A stretch of 64,000 nucleotides of DNA, taken from positions 1 to 64,000 of the forward strand of contig JAANOX010000021.1 of the NCBI GenBank assembly GCA_020184695.1. The letters are read 5' to 3'. A program made the position numbers and the translations under genes. Below the pieces are notes generated by a model. The model was not told the DNA's origin. It made no database searches and saw only the letters and a program-made list of their open reading frames with translations. This stretch comes from Histomonas meleagridis 2922-C6/04-290x. Lineage: Eukaryota; Protista; Parabasalia. Position 1 is the stretch's first letter; every line of letters starts with the position of its first letter. Positions 20,604 to 32,899 of this stretch are shown in pieces.

Positions 20604-22901
20604 ATGGAAAGCGAAGAACAACAGCAGTTTGTTCAATACCTTAAAAATCGTATAACAGATGACAGGGAAACCATATTTCTTGTAAAGCCAATCAAAAAAA
20701 GTCGAAAAAAAGGAGAAACAAGCAATTGCTATCTTTTATGCACAATTTTTAATCTCTACGTTTTTCAACAAAGAAAACTGATTTTTAAATCCATAAAACA
20801 AACTGATAAGATTCAGTGGGATAATGTTACTACTATACGTTATGAAACTCCAAATTTTCTCGAAATTCATACAAAAACCACAATTTTGCGATTTCAATCA
20901 GAAGAAACTGTAGATATAATTAAAAGCATTGTAGGAAATTTAATGACTATTCTTCCAAAAATGAAACTTCCTAATTATTCATTTCCCAAATCTTTCATTG
21001 ATGATATCAAAGTACCTGTAGATGCCATGATAAATAGGATTAAATTTGTTTCATACACTACCTCTAGAAATCCACCAAAAGGTCTTTATCAATTAGTTCA
21101 TAAAACAATTTCCAATTTATTAAAAGGACCACCAAGCCAAAAAGCACTTAACTTAGAGACATTTAGTGAATATCCTGATTACATTGATCTAGTTCTTGAT
21201 GCTCTCAATGTTTTTCCTGATATTCACAGAGTGGTTGCACCAGCACCTTTTGATGGAGGTTCTTATTGGGGAATTCTTGCAGATTTTGTTGCAAAGAATC
21301 AAACCATTACTACCATTGAATCATATGAATCAATCAATTCACAATTTAAAGATTTTGCTGATTCACTCTCAACCTCCCAATTTTCAAAGGTTCAAAGCCT
21401 GGGCTTTTACAACAACTCCTTTGGTTCTGATTTCTCGTATTCTCTCTCGAAACTCGTGAGCCAGAAGAATATCAAAGCTCTATTCATCACAAACGGTCTC
21501 AACATCAAAGGATACAAAATGCTAATTCCACTTTTTAAGAAAAACCTCGGATTTCAGAACTTAACCACCCTATCGTTGAGCGATACTCTTTTTATCCAAT
21601 TTGAGGATATTATTTCTTCTTTACCTGACCTTAAGATTCTCTATCTAATGAACTGTTCATTAGATCTTTCTCAAGTCTTTATGGCTTTATCAAAATATCC
21701 ACAGATTTCCCTTAATGAGTTAAGACTTTCAGGGAATTCGTTTTTATCACCAATTCAAAGTGATATTATATTACCACAACAATTAGACACATTAGTTTTG
21801 AATGATGTTGACTGGAATAACAATGCAATGAAAATGATATTTGTTGCAATCGATAATATGGTTCAAGAGAAAAACAGTGCCAATCCATTTTTCTCTCTTT
21901 CCATAAAGCATGCGAGCCAATCAAAGATATGTTGGGATTCATTTGATGAATTTTTAAGTACATTCGAATGTAAATCAATTACCAAACTAATTTATGATTG
22001 TAACCCAATTCAAAGTGGTTTCTTGGAGTTCCTTAAAAAAGCAAAAAGTCTTTCGTTTCTTTCGATGAAGGCGTGCTTCTACAATGGCGCACAGTTTTTA
22101 AACGACTTTTCAAAAGCGATCGCATTGAATAATTCTATCGTTAATTTATGCATATCGGGCGAGGGAAACCGTTTCCTATCGGACTCGTTCCCAGTGATCA
22201 TTAACGGTCTCTGCCAAAACAAAACCGTTAAATTATTAGACATTTCCCAAAACCATATTGGAAATGCAATATTTGACCTTATATTGCAACTGTACACATC
22301 GCCAAACCCAATTTATGAACTTTATTTTGATGGTAATAGTTTATCTGATCCAAATAAATTTAAATCAATTCTTAGTGAAATGCGACAAAAAGGTGTAGCT
22401 GGAAAACTCCACTTACCTCGTGGTGACCTAAACAAGCTCAGGCAACTTAATACAATTACTCAATCGACATTAGATGATATCATCAAACTTATAAAAGAAA
22501 TGGAATCAGACCAAAGCATCAGAGAAAGTCTCCTTCTTCAGAAGCCTCAACGAAAGAATCGTGTGACTACAGAACAATCTAATGGATATGAGAATTCAGC
22601 ATCACTATCTGTTGTATACACGCCAAGTTCTCTTGCTTCAAGTAATAATCAGCGCCCATCCTTTACATCGCTGCCAGATGTACAGCCAAACCACTATCCT
22701 TACACGGAGAATATGCTTTCTGAAGTTCCACAAGATGTAATTGCAAATATTGCATCAGTTAACAAAGAATATATTTCTGACGAAGGATGGGAAGCTTCAA
22801 CAGGCAGGATACCTAAGACAGATTTTGATGAGCTCTCCAAAGAGTTCATGAACAATATCTCATTGGATAAATTGTGTGACGAAATTTCGAATGGAAAATA
22901 A
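20604..22901 (+). CDS. PH-like plus RNI-type leucine-rich repeat protein (CARMIL-like)
   Basis: N-terminal PH-like segment, then LxxLxLSxN repeats (LNELRLSGN, VKLLDISQNHIG, IYELYFDGN). Confidence 0.7.
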   Translation: MESEEQQQFVQYLKNRITDDRETIFLVKPIKKSRKKGETSNCYLLCTIFNLYVFQQRKLIFKSIKQTDKIQWDNVTTIRYETPNFLEIHTKTTILRFQSEETVDIIKSIVGNLMTILPKMKLPNYSFPKSFIDDIKVPVDAMINRIKFVSYTTSRNPPKGLYQLVHKTISNLLKGPPSQKALNLETFSEYPDYIDLVLDALNVFPDIHRVVAPAPFDGGSYWGILADFVAKNQTITTIESYESINSQFKDFADSLSTSQFSKVQSLGFYNNSFGSDFSYSLSKLVSQKNIKALFITNGLNIKGYKMLIPLFKKNLGFQNLTTLSLSDTLFIQFEDIISSLPDLKILYLMNCSLDLSQVFMALSKYPQISLNELRLSGNSFLSPIQSDIILPQQLDTLVLNDVDWNNNAMKMIFVAIDNMVQEKNSANPFFSLSIKHASQSKICWDSFDEFLSTFECKSITKLIYDCNPIQSGFLEFLKKAKSLSFLSMKACFYNGAQFLNDFSKAIALNNSIVNLCISGEGNRFLSDSFPVIINGLCQNKTVKLLDISQNHIGNAIFDLILQLYTSPNPIYELYFDGNSLSDPNKFKSILSEMRQKGVAGKLHLPRGDLNKLRQLNTITQSTLDDIIKLIKEMESDQSIRESLLLQKPQRKNRVTTEQSNGYENSASLSVVYTPSSLASSNNQRPSFTSLPDVQPNHYPYTENMLSEVPQDVIANIASVNKEYISDEGWEASTGRIPKTDFDELSKEFMNNISLDKLCDEISNGK

Positions 22902-24291
22902 ATTAATTTGTTTGTTTAATTTCCTAAATATCTGATACATAGTGTATTTTAATGTGTTTAAAGCTTTTAACCAATAATAAGCCGGTAAAATACAATTACA
23001 AAAAGTTTTACTTTGTGTATAATTCTTTTAATAATGTGTATGTTCAAATCTAATGCTTCTGGGTGAGGTTTAAATTCTTCTTCAATTTCCAAAATAATTT
23101 AAATATTGCACATAACTTAGCAGTAATGCCCTATAGTTTTTCCCTTCAAATTCGAAATAACAACTTTTGCTTTTGCTATCTTAGAATTGTTAGAGAGTTT
23201 TTGCTGCTTCAATTTGGAGTTTTGCTTGTTAAATTACAGAATCATTTTTTTTAAAAAAAAAAATATTTTTTATTTAAATTTTTTTGATTGAAATTATAGT
23301 GAAATAGGAAGGAAAGATGATAGTATGATTAATATTAATTAATATTTTTGATCTGATATCATCTCTTTACTTTTTTTATTTATCAATATTATAATTTGGT
23401 GTTTTTTTACAATGTTATTAATTCGTGTTATATGTAATGTTATGTATAATTTCATCCGCAAAAATATAAATAAATGTTATTCATTATGTTTTTATATAAT
23501 CTTATTCATGATGTTATTCCTCATAATGTTATTGATAATGATATTCATTCATATCATGTATAATGTTATAATGTTAAAATGTCATGTTTTATGTTTTTCA
23601 TTGTGTTATGAATAAGCCCTTAAATCAGCATTCATTAATAAAAACAAATTGTAATTTTAGTTTTGTTAAATGCACTTCGAGCTTTATGCTCTTTTGATTT
23701 TATTTAAATAATTCTTAACAAGTTGATTTATTTCTATAACTTCTTTCAATGTCATGATTTCATCATCAATATTTATTATCAGGAACATTTAGAGAGGTCA
23801 AATAGTTAAAAATTTTATTTCAACCCTATGAAGAAAATTAGCCATTATCTTATATAAAATAAAATTAAGGTAAATTTCATGAGATACTAATGATAAAATT
23901 AAATATCATGAAAAACCATAAAAAATATATATTTTTAGGGGTTCTTTACATTTTTTGAGTTTCATATTGTAATGAATGATTCATGTAATTAAATCAAAAT
24001 CGAATAGATAAAAAAAGAAATTGAGATTTATTAATGATAAATAAAATTATATAATATATCTTTAAAATAAAATTGAAAAAAAAAAAAAAATATAATACAT
24101 TTTTTAGAACCATAATATTATGGTTTTATATAGATCTAAAAATGGGAAAAGAATATAATTTATCAAAAATTCGTTTTGTTGACAATTATTCAGTGATGAA
24201 GCAAATTAAATTTCCATAAAATTTCTTTGGAATTTATTAAACAAAATTAATTTACCTTAAAAATATTTTTATTATAACAGTTTGTTCTATT

Positions 24292-24912
24292 TCAAGCAAA
24301 TTGTGGAACAGATAATCCAGAAAATTTTGAATTGCCTAAAAAGTTTGATATTGATGAAGGAATGTCGTTTTCAAGGCATGAATTCTTTAAGGCTGGAAGC
24401 AGTTCCTCAAGTAAAATCGAATCTGGGGAACCTCCAAACCATGGAGAAATCCGGACGAGATTTTTTGGTTGAAACATGGCAGACCCTTCAACATCATCAA
24501 CCAAAAGGATTTTGTTGATCGGTCTATTTATCAATTCTAAATCTTTAACAGGATATCCATATTTTGATGTACAGTTTTCTCTGAAGAATCTGTGTGAAGC
24601 AGGTGTATCAGGCAAAATCAAATTAATGATTTGATCACCATATTCTTGGCTTGATGCTGTAAAGAAGAAAATATCAAAAAGTTTAGATACCTCTTGAATA
24701 AACTGACAAAGCCCAGGCCGAAATTGAATGTACATTCGTCTTCTCCCTATTTTTATTTGAGATGAGTCTGCTTTGGGTTTAATTGCTGATGCAAATATTA
24801 ATGTTTCGTCCAGATCGAATACAATGGCCGGCTTTTGCTTATGCTCTTCAGATACTTGGGTAGTAGTGTTGAACATTTGTGATGGTTGGATGATTTGATC
24901 CTTTTCTACCAT
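24292..24912 (-). CDS. SCP/NIF (FCP1-like) HAD phosphatase
   Basis: IVFDLDETL, RPGL..F, FTAS...Y, KDL and LVDD motifs. Confidence 0.9.
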   Translation of the reverse strand: MVEKDQIIQPSQMFNTTTQVSEEHKQKPAIVFDLDETLIFASAIKPKADSSQIKIGRRRMYIQFRPGLCQFIQEVSKLFDIFFFTASSQEYGDQIINLILPDTPASHRFFRENCTSKYGYPVKDLELINRPINKILLVDDVEGSAMFQPKNLVRISPWFGGSPDSILLEELLPALKNSCLENDIPSSISNFLGNSKFSGLSVPQFA

Positions 24913-25747
24913 TTATTCGAATGGGTTGAAAGATTGAGGGTTTATTTCTGAGGACATTGAAAATTCATACAATTCGATGCTTTTTGCGTTGTAAAACGGT
25001 TGTTAGAATTCAATCGTGTTGGTATTTAATATTTCAATTGAATGTGTTGTATCAAATAATTCAATTGAAATTGCGGTTGATTTTTGAGGTTGAACGAACG
25101 ATAATGTCTGTAAGAACTGTAGTTTCCGCTGGCGTTGATTAATCGTTCTCATTGTTTTCAAGCAATCAAACACCTCCGCCTTATAGTTTCTTAGCTGAAC
25201 TATGAGTTATATATGAATCTCTAAAACTTTTATAGGCTAATGAGACTTAATATCATTTTAAAAAGAGCTTTTTTCCTCCAAAAAAGGGAACTCAGAAGCC
25301 ATTTTTAGTCCGTGAAAGAACTTCTTTTTATTTGGCAAAACAAAATATAATTGAGGAAAAAGGTTCTTAATGATAACACTGTATCATTTTTATATTTATT
25401 CCTCGGTTCCTCTTGCTTTTCATAATAACAAAGCAATCGAAGAGAAACAAATAACATTGTTAGCATAAAATATTTTAAGATGACCATCAACAGAACAATT
25501 TGATTAACTAGAGCAGCAAAGTGCTAGCTGCTATTGTGGATTAAAAGAAGCCACTGCATGGTTCAAATGATTTGCAGTTTTTCTTTGTTATAAATTAGCA
25601 GCTTCAGGAATAAAAAAGCGATCGCTTACCTTGCACAACTGCTCTTAGATATAAACACAAAATTGGAAAGCATTCATAGTTTAAAAACCTTTTACAAGAA
25701 CAAATTAAAATAAACAATTGAATTCAAGGCAGTTGTTATCGGCCCAA

Positions 25748-27184
25748 ATGAAATGCATCTATAAAAAAGCAACCCCAAATTTTAAAATTTTCAAGAAAAG
25801 GGCCAGAGCATTTATAGAACGTAACAAATCTGAGGAGCTTTCAATTTGTGAAGAGCCAAATCAAGATTATTCAAATGCATTAAATACCATCTCTATGCTC
25901 AAAAACGATCAAAGTTACGAATTAGACATTTCAGCATTCTTAAATGATCTTTTGATTTTAGTTTATTATCCTGCTGATTATAATATTTTTGAAATTATTG
26001 ATGAAAGCGTTTGTAAGGAAATTCTCAAAATATTAATAAACCTACATCCTATAGATCAAGTAGAGTTGATTCAACGCGTTTGCAATGTAATTACTGTGTT
26101 AAATACAATTCCTGATTCTAGATATGTCCAATACTTTTCAGATAATGGAGCAATAAATATTATAATTTCAAAATATAGAGAAAATACATCACAACTTTTT
26201 TTGATTACGACAGAAGTAATGAGCTCATTAATAATTGGAAATATTTTACAAAACATAGCCATTATTTTAGACAATTTTCTTCCATCCGTTGAAAACTATT
26301 CCTTGAAACTCAGTGATCCTGTAGCTCAAGAATCTTCTCTAAATTTTATTTATCTATGCATAATAGATATACCAAACCTCCATGACAATTACATATTTCG
26401 AATTTATGAAGTGTTATTATTGCTTCTCAAAGAAGATTTAAATAATACATTGAAGGCACTGACCCTTTGGTGTGTTTATGCTTTGTTTTCATCGTACAAA
26501 TACAAATTCAATGATCTCATAGAAATAATTGAATCAATTACCAAAATTTTTTGTTTTTGTTCTTCAGATTCAAATCCCCAATTTGAAAATGAAATTGATG
26601 ATCCCTTGTTCGTATGTATACTATGTTTTACCATATTTTTTGATCCTCAAAACCCAAGTTTAAATCATTTAATTGAAAATTTTCCATATACAGATCTTTT
26701 TTTATTAATGTCCAATCCGCATAAATATCGTCAGTGGTGTTCTTTATATCTATTTTCGCGCATTATTAAGACACTTGATGTCGAATTTATATTAAAATTA
26801 ATTTATGAAGATAATCTTCTGGTTTCATTAAATGATGGAATAAATGGTTCTTACATCTCTAAGACATATGCACATAAGTGTACACTAAGGCTTTTGCAAA
26901 CAAATTCGCCTGAAATTATTTCGGACGTTTTGCGGAGTGACCTCTTTTCTTCTGCCGTGGACTTTCTGGTCGAAAATCCTCCAAATGGAGTCGAGAATTT
27001 ACTTGAAACTTTAAGATATAGTTTACAAGCTTTGCAAAACACACCTGAATTATTGAAAATGACTGTGGAACATTTGCATGAAATTGGATTTGTTGAATTG
27101 TATCAAGGATTAAAAGAAGATCAACCTGAAGACATTATAAATTTTTTGGATTCGATTTTGTTTTTTGATATAAAATCATGTTAA
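25748..27184 (+). CDS. ARM-repeat-like helical protein
   Basis: Long intact ORF with a basic N-terminus and helical repeats; no specific motif. Confidence 0.55.
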   Translation: MKCIYKKATPNFKIFKKRARAFIERNKSEELSICEEPNQDYSNALNTISMLKNDQSYELDISAFLNDLLILVYYPADYNIFEIIDESVCKEILKILINLHPIDQVELIQRVCNVITVLNTIPDSRYVQYFSDNGAINIIISKYRENTSQLFLITTEVMSSLIIGNILQNIAIILDNFLPSVENYSLKLSDPVAQESSLNFIYLCIIDIPNLHDNYIFRIYEVLLLLLKEDLNNTLKALTLWCVYALFSSYKYKFNDLIEIIESITKIFCFCSSDSNPQFENEIDDPLFVCILCFTIFFDPQNPSLNHLIENFPYTDLFLLMSNPHKYRQWCSLYLFSRIIKTLDVEFILKLIYEDNLLVSLNDGINGSYISKTYAHKCTLRLLQTNSPEIISDVLRSDLFSSAVDFLVENPPNGVENLLETLRYSLQALQNTPELLKMTVEHLHEIGFVELYQGLKEDQPEDIINFLDSILFFDIKSC

Positions 27185-27560
27185 CATTATTTTTTTAAAG
27201 ATATTTCTCTGAGCTTGATGAAATTTTATTACTTCTTTTGATATTAGATTCTATTTTCAAATAAATACTTGTGAATTTCACATTCATGAAATTAAAATCT
27301 TTTTTCTTGTACAATATTTTGAATTGTTTCGTATACTAATAAGCAAAAATGTGATATTGGCAAGTAGAAAATTTAATATTGTAAAAATGAATTTCTTTTT
27401 TGGCGAGGTTTTAAGGTTTATAACAGATCTTTGCTTTTTAGTGTAACAATCATTTTCTTAAAAATTTTATCATTTGTGTGTTATAATGGAAACAAATAGA
27501 ATTACATTTTTCGCGGGCTTTTTAATAGAAAAACTGATTAAGGCCGTTTAGGAAATTATA

Positions 27561-30500
27561 ATGAATGAAGCGAATGAGGCATCTCTTGCGATTTTTAATG
27601 ACAATTTAATCAAAGAAAAATCACAAAATATTAAGACAAATCAAATTGAAGCTTTTCGTTTTGATTATTCGCCAACAACAGGAAGAATCTTTAGACTAGA
27701 ACCTATTATTGTTTATACTTCCATTTTTGAATTATCTCTTATAGGACATAATTTCAGTAATATAAATGCACTAAAATCGTTACCAAAATTACGAAGATTA
27801 AATTTAAGTTGGAATCAGATATCTGATTTATCACCATTAACGCAATTAAATCAACTAGAGGATTTAACAGTTTCCCACAATAAAATCGCTTCATTTCCGA
27901 ACCAAATTTCTTCACTTAAAAAAATTAAAAAATTTCGTATTTCATACAATTTAATTTCAAACAGAAAAGAATTCTTTAAATTAAGACCACTTATTAACCT
28001 AACAAATTTAGACATTGAAGGTTGTCCTACATCTCGAGATCCAGATTCCTTATCATTTATTACTTTTTTATTACCACAGCTTAATCTTATAAATCGACAG
28101 CATATTTCTGTAGAATTCCGTCGACAATCAACAGAAAGATTTGAGCGATCTCAAATTGATGAGTTAACTCAACAAAATGATAAATCATTAAAATTAATTC
28201 AACAATTAAATACACAATTAGATGAAATACAATTAAATTATACAAAATTAGACACACAATTAAGTCAAGTTCAAGATTCTTTATTAAAACAAAGTTCAGA
28301 ATTAGAAAAATATAAAAACATTTGTCAACAACAAGAACAGATTTTAAAGCAAAGAGACAAAGAATTAGCAATTGAAAGAGCAAATTCGACTGGTTTGCAA
28401 ACACAAATTGCGGATTTAACAATGAGCGGAGTACAAAATTCATCACCAACTAAAACTGATCAATATCAACAATTAGAGAATAAATTTAATTCATTATCAG
28501 ACGAATTAATAAAGCTTCAAAAGGAAAATCAGTCACTTAAAGATTCGATAAATATTGAAAAAATTAATATGGAAGTTGATCGAAAAAAAATTGCTGAAGA
28601 AAATGATGAACTCAAGCAAGAAATTGAATCAAAGAATAAACATTTTTTTCAACTACAAAAAGAAATTGAAAATTTAAAATTTGAATTAACGCATTCACAA
28701 CAAACTATTGAGAAACAAAGAGAACTTATTCAAGAACTTGAGCAATCACAAGCAGAAAATCAAATAGAAGAATTTGATCGAAGTGTATTAGAATCTGCAT
28801 CAAAAGTAACTTCAGCAAGAATAACTCAATTATCAGAAAGAATAAAATTATTACAACAAGAAAATGATCAATTACAAACTGAAAATAATTCACTTTCTAA
28901 TCAATTAATAAAATCGTCAAAACAAATACAAGAAATAGAGGAAATAAAAAAACAAATTTTAAGGCAAAAAGAATCAAACATAACAAATGAAAACCAAAAT
29001 GATTCTTTTCTTAGCGAAAGTATTACACCATTTGTAGATAAATTATTAGATGAAAATCGAGAATTAACAGAAACAAAAGCATCTTTACAAACTCAATTAT
29101 TAAATACGAATAATGAACTTAAACGACAAACAATTGCACTAAATTCAGCTAAACAAGAAATTGAAACAATAAGAAATCAACATAAAAAATTATCAAATTC
29201 ACAAGATCAAGTTAAACGACAAAATATTAAATCAATATTAACTGATAAGCAAAATCAAATTAAAGAATTACAAATCAAATTAAAAAAAGTATTAATCCAA
29301 AACAAAAACGCATTAGTAGAAATACATAAAAATGATGAAAAAATTACAATGTTAACACAACAAAATGAAACATTACAAAATGAAATAAAAGATTTAAAAG
29401 AACAAATTACTAAACAAAGTTTACAACAAAGTAAAATTGAATTATCTAAAACACAAATTTCAGATTCAAAACAAAGATTAAGATCAGCTCTTTTTGATCT
29501 TACTAATGCAAATAAACAAATTAATTATTTAAATACTGAAAACCAAGAGTTATTACTAAAGATAAATGAATATGAATCGAAAATTAAAATTCTTGATGCG
29601 CAAGAAGTTAAACACAAAAATTTAATGAGAGAAAAAGAGAAATTAATTGAAGAACTAAATACAAAAGTACAAAATATTGAAAATAAATGTTTAGCTATGC
29701 AAAAAGAATTCACGCGTTTACAAAAGGATATGAAACAAAAAGTTCAAAACGAAGCTAATTTACAGAAAGAATTAAAAGATACTTCTGTAATCAAAACAAA
29801 TCTTGAAGAATCGAAATTAAAATTAAGTAAAGCAAACATACGAATCAAACAACTACGAAATTCTTTAATACAAAATCGAAATGAATTAACAAATCAAAAA
29901 ACAGAATTTGAGTCTAAAATAAATATAATTAAAGAAAACACAAATAAGCAAAAAGCTGATTTAGAAGCACAAAATCTAAAATTACAAACAAAGAATGAAT
30001 ATTATTTAAAATTTATTTCAGAACTTAAAATTTATATTAAACAAATTCAAACAGAAATTATTAATATCAAAACTTACTATAAAGAATTATTTATTAATTA
30101 TACAAAAGATATAAAATATTCATTTAAACAATCGCAAGAAAAATTACAACATAATGTAAATCAAATTAATAAACTGAAAGACGTAATAAAAGAAAATAAA
30201 GAAATTGCACAACAAAAAGATCAAAAAAATATTATTCAAGAAAAAGAATTATTTGAATTAAATGAAGAAAATGAAAAACTACAAAATCAAATTAATAAAC
30301 TGAAAGACGTAATAAAAGAAAATAAAGAAATTACACAACAAAAAGATCAAAAAAATATTATTCAAGAAAAAGAATTATTTGAATTAAATGAAGAAAATGA
30401 AAAACTACAAAATAAAATCAATGAGAATGAAAAATTAGTACAAACTAAAGATAATTTAATAACAAATTTATATCAAAAAATTTCAATAACAGAAAAATTA

Positions 30501-31586
30501 TTTAATGAATCGCAAAATAAATTAAATGAACTTACATCTAAACACAAAGAAGTCGAAGAATCTTATAAATTATCACAACAAAATGCAGAGAGATCAATTT
30601 CATTATATAAAAATCAAATACAAAAATTAAAGGAAAAAATAAATGAAATTGAAGAAGAAAAAAAGCAAACGAAAGAATTTCTCGAAAATAAAATCAATGA
30701 AATGACAATGAACTTATTCAATACAGAAAAAATGTTAAAGGAAAAAGAAAAATTAATAGCAAATGAAGAAACAATAAATTCTTATAAAATTAAAATTGCT
30801 GAACTTCAAAATAAGTTAAATGAATATGAAATAAAAGAAAACAAATTGATGGAAAAAATTAAATCAAAAGAGAAACAAATTCTTCAATACAGAATAAAAA
30901 TCAAAAAAATAGAAAACCAAATAAAAATTAAAGATAATGAACAAAAACAACAAATTTCGGAATTAGAAAATCAAATAAATACACAAAAAATAGAAAATAA
31001 TCATCTAAAGAAAGATCTTATACAATCAAATAAACTTCTTCAAATCAAACAAAATGATGAAAATTACAAGAATAAAATTACTAATTATGAAAAACAAATA
31101 AATTCTTTCCATTCATATCTGCAAATTCTTGTAAAAAATGCATCAAATCCTTATCGGTTTATAACGGATATTTTTTCAAAGCTTAAAACAGTTTTTGAAA
31201 ACTTTGGTTTAAACTCAATTGAATTTTCAATGCAGAAACCGCTGTTGACGATGGAGCAAACTGTTGATTCTTTTTCTCTTCAACCACAGACATTAACTTT
31301 ATTAAGTGAAATAAGAGATGATTTAATACAATTTCCAATTGATAATGAAAATATTGTGCCTTTTTCACAATTATCGATTTTTGATCAAATCAAACATATT
31401 CATCAATTGATTAATGTACTCAAAGATCTATTTGATGATAAAGAAAATAACTTAAAGAAATTAAGAGGATTGATAGCATCACAACATATGGCTGTTATGG
31501 AACTAACAAAGAAACCAATTGATTCAATTTCAGAAACTAGCGAAATGAATGAATCTTTTTCATTACAAAGCGTTAATATACTATAA
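27561..31586 (+). CDS. SDS22-type LRR plus long coiled-coil protein (centriole/basal-body-like architecture)
   Basis: LRRLNLSWNQI, LEDLTVSHNKI, LTNLDIEGCP with LRR cap, followed by ~1100 aa of heptads. Confidence 0.8.
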   Translation: MNEANEASLAIFNDNLIKEKSQNIKTNQIEAFRFDYSPTTGRIFRLEPIIVYTSIFELSLIGHNFSNINALKSLPKLRRLNLSWNQISDLSPLTQLNQLEDLTVSHNKIASFPNQISSLKKIKKFRISYNLISNRKEFFKLRPLINLTNLDIEGCPTSRDPDSLSFITFLLPQLNLINRQHISVEFRRQSTERFERSQIDELTQQNDKSLKLIQQLNTQLDEIQLNYTKLDTQLSQVQDSLLKQSSELEKYKNICQQQEQILKQRDKELAIERANSTGLQTQIADLTMSGVQNSSPTKTDQYQQLENKFNSLSDELIKLQKENQSLKDSINIEKINMEVDRKKIAEENDELKQEIESKNKHFFQLQKEIENLKFELTHSQQTIEKQRELIQELEQSQAENQIEEFDRSVLESASKVTSARITQLSERIKLLQQENDQLQTENNSLSNQLIKSSKQIQEIEEIKKQILRQKESNITNENQNDSFLSESITPFVDKLLDENRELTETKASLQTQLLNTNNELKRQTIALNSAKQEIETIRNQHKKLSNSQDQVKRQNIKSILTDKQNQIKELQIKLKKVLIQNKNALVEIHKNDEKITMLTQQNETLQNEIKDLKEQITKQSLQQSKIELSKTQISDSKQRLRSALFDLTNANKQINYLNTENQELLLKINEYESKIKILDAQEVKHKNLMREKEKLIEELNTKVQNIENKCLAMQKEFTRLQKDMKQKVQNEANLQKELKDTSVIKTNLEESKLKLSKANIRIKQLRNSLIQNRNELTNQKTEFESKINIIKENTNKQKADLEAQNLKLQTKNEYYLKFISELKIYIKQIQTEIINIKTYYKELFINYTKDIKYSFKQSQEKLQHNVNQINKLKDVIKENKEIAQQKDQKNIIQEKELFELNEENEKLQNQINKLKDVIKENKEITQQKDQKNIIQEKELFELNEENEKLQNKINENEKLVQTKDNLITNLYQKISITEKLFNESQNKLNELTSKHKEVEESYKLSQQNAERSISLYKNQIQKLKEKINEIEEEKKQTKEFLENKINEMTMNLFNTEKMLKEKEKLIANEETINSYKIKIAELQNKLNEYEIKENKLMEKIKSKEKQILQYRIKIKKIENQIKIKDNEQKQQISELENQINTQKIENNHLKKDLIQSNKLLQIKQNDENYKNKITNYEKQINSFHSYLQILVKNASNPYRFITDIFSKLKTVFENFGLNSIEFSMQKPLLTMEQTVDSFSLQPQTLTLLSEIRDDLIQFPIDNENIVPFSQLSIFDQIKHIHQLINVLKDLFDDKENNLKKLRGLIASQHMAVMELTKKPIDSISETSEMNESFSLQSVNIL
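30159..30413 (+). repeat. 126-bp in-frame tandem duplication
   Basis: NQINKLKDVIKENKEI(A/T)QQKDQKNIIQEKELFELNEENEKLQ twice, with one substitution seen. Confidence 0.95.
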
Positions 31587-31787
31587 ATAAATTGTTATTA
31601 ATATTAATTTTGTAATTTCCAAAGTTGTACAAATTTGTCTTCTTAATGAACGATAGTTTGTGATAGGATTTTTTATTTATTTTAATCATCATAAAGTTAA
31701 AAAACCATTTCAAGAATATGTACTTTCACAACTCATTTCATCACTTCACATACGATATTTTTCAGAAGGTTTGTTCGGATACTTTTC

Positions 31788-32534
31788 ATGGAAACAAATC
31801 GCCCAAAGTTCGTTATTGTAATGAGTGGCAAGGGCGGTGTTGGCAAATCTACGGTCGCTGCCAATATTGCTCGCTTACTTTCACAAAAAATTGAAAGTGT
31901 GGGACTTCTTGACTTAGATTTAACAGGTCCATCAATTCCAACAATTTTTGGAGTACAGAATGAAAAAATCAAGAGTGTTAATAACAAAATGATTCCATGT
32001 AAATCTTCCAATATAGAAATTGTTTCATTAGGTCTCCTTCTTGCAAACCCAAATGATGCAGTTATTTGGCGTGGCCCAAGAAAGAGTTCAATGATCCAAA
32101 CCTTCTTTAATTTGATTGAGTGGAATTCTAAAGTCATTATTGTTGATATGCCACCCGGAACAAGTGATGAACATTTATCAACAATTGATATGTTAAAACA
32201 GAGTGGCGTAGTCTTTTCAACGATTATAGTGACAACACCAAATGTGTTATCTGTTGCAGATGTTCGTAAAGAAATCAATCTATGTCAAACATTGGGTGTA
32301 ACAATTGATGGGATCGTAGAAAACTTTTGTGGTGTTGTATGCCCCTGTTGTGGGGAATTAACAGATCTACAAGAAAACGACGCTGCTGTCCAAATGAGTA
32401 ATGAATTAGGAATTCCTATATTGTCTAAAATTCCATTTTTGCCACAAGCAGCAGCTGACTTTGATGGAGGTAAAGCAAGTGTAATTATTTTACCTTACTT
32501 CGAGCCTGTTGTTTTGAAGATTATTTCTAATTAA
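31788..32534 (+). CDS. CFD1: Cytosolic Fe-S cluster assembly P-loop NTPase, Cfd1/NUBP2-like
   Basis: SGKGGVGKST, LDLDLTGPSIP, VIWRGP, DMPPGTSDEH, CPCC; lacks the Nbp35 N-terminal Fe-S domain. Confidence 0.85.
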   Translation: METNRPKFVIVMSGKGGVGKSTVAANIARLLSQKIESVGLLDLDLTGPSIPTIFGVQNEKIKSVNNKMIPCKSSNIEIVSLGLLLANPNDAVIWRGPRKSSMIQTFFNLIEWNSKVIIVDMPPGTSDEHLSTIDMLKQSGVVFSTIIVTTPNVLSVADVRKEINLCQTLGVTIDGIVENFCGVVCPCCGELTDLQENDAAVQMSNELGIPILSKIPFLPQAAADFDGGKASVIILPYFEPVVLKIISN

Positions 32535-32899
32535 TAAAATCAAAAAATTCTTTTGATAACTTAATTCACTTTATAAATCTGGCACAAACTTACTGAGGAT
32601 TTTTCGTTCGTTACAATGGCGTTATGTGTTATTGATTCAATTTATAACGTCATTTGATTGCACAACATTTCAGGAAAATCTTTATGTACACTAAGAAATC
32701 ATTAATTGTGCTAAATTACCAATGTGCTTTTTTGTAATTTCCTATATTTGTTCAAATTATATTTTATAATTATCAATTTGACTGAAATTATCCGCATTTT
32801 AATTTAATGAACTGTTTGGAATAAAATTAATGACCAAATAATTTAATTTAGCAAACAAAGAAATTGAAAATATATCTGCAGATATATAAAACAGTTTAT

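Noticed and set aside
23300-23620. ATGTTA-rich low-complexity stretch, possibly a Thr-rich stalk remnant on the minus strand
   Set aside because: Too degenerate to assign.
31733-32278. 181-aa antisense ORF, and similar shadows at 14339-14611, 12498-12797, 43876-44301 and 58657-59052
   Set aside because: They lie opposite well-supported genes and have no motifs of their own.
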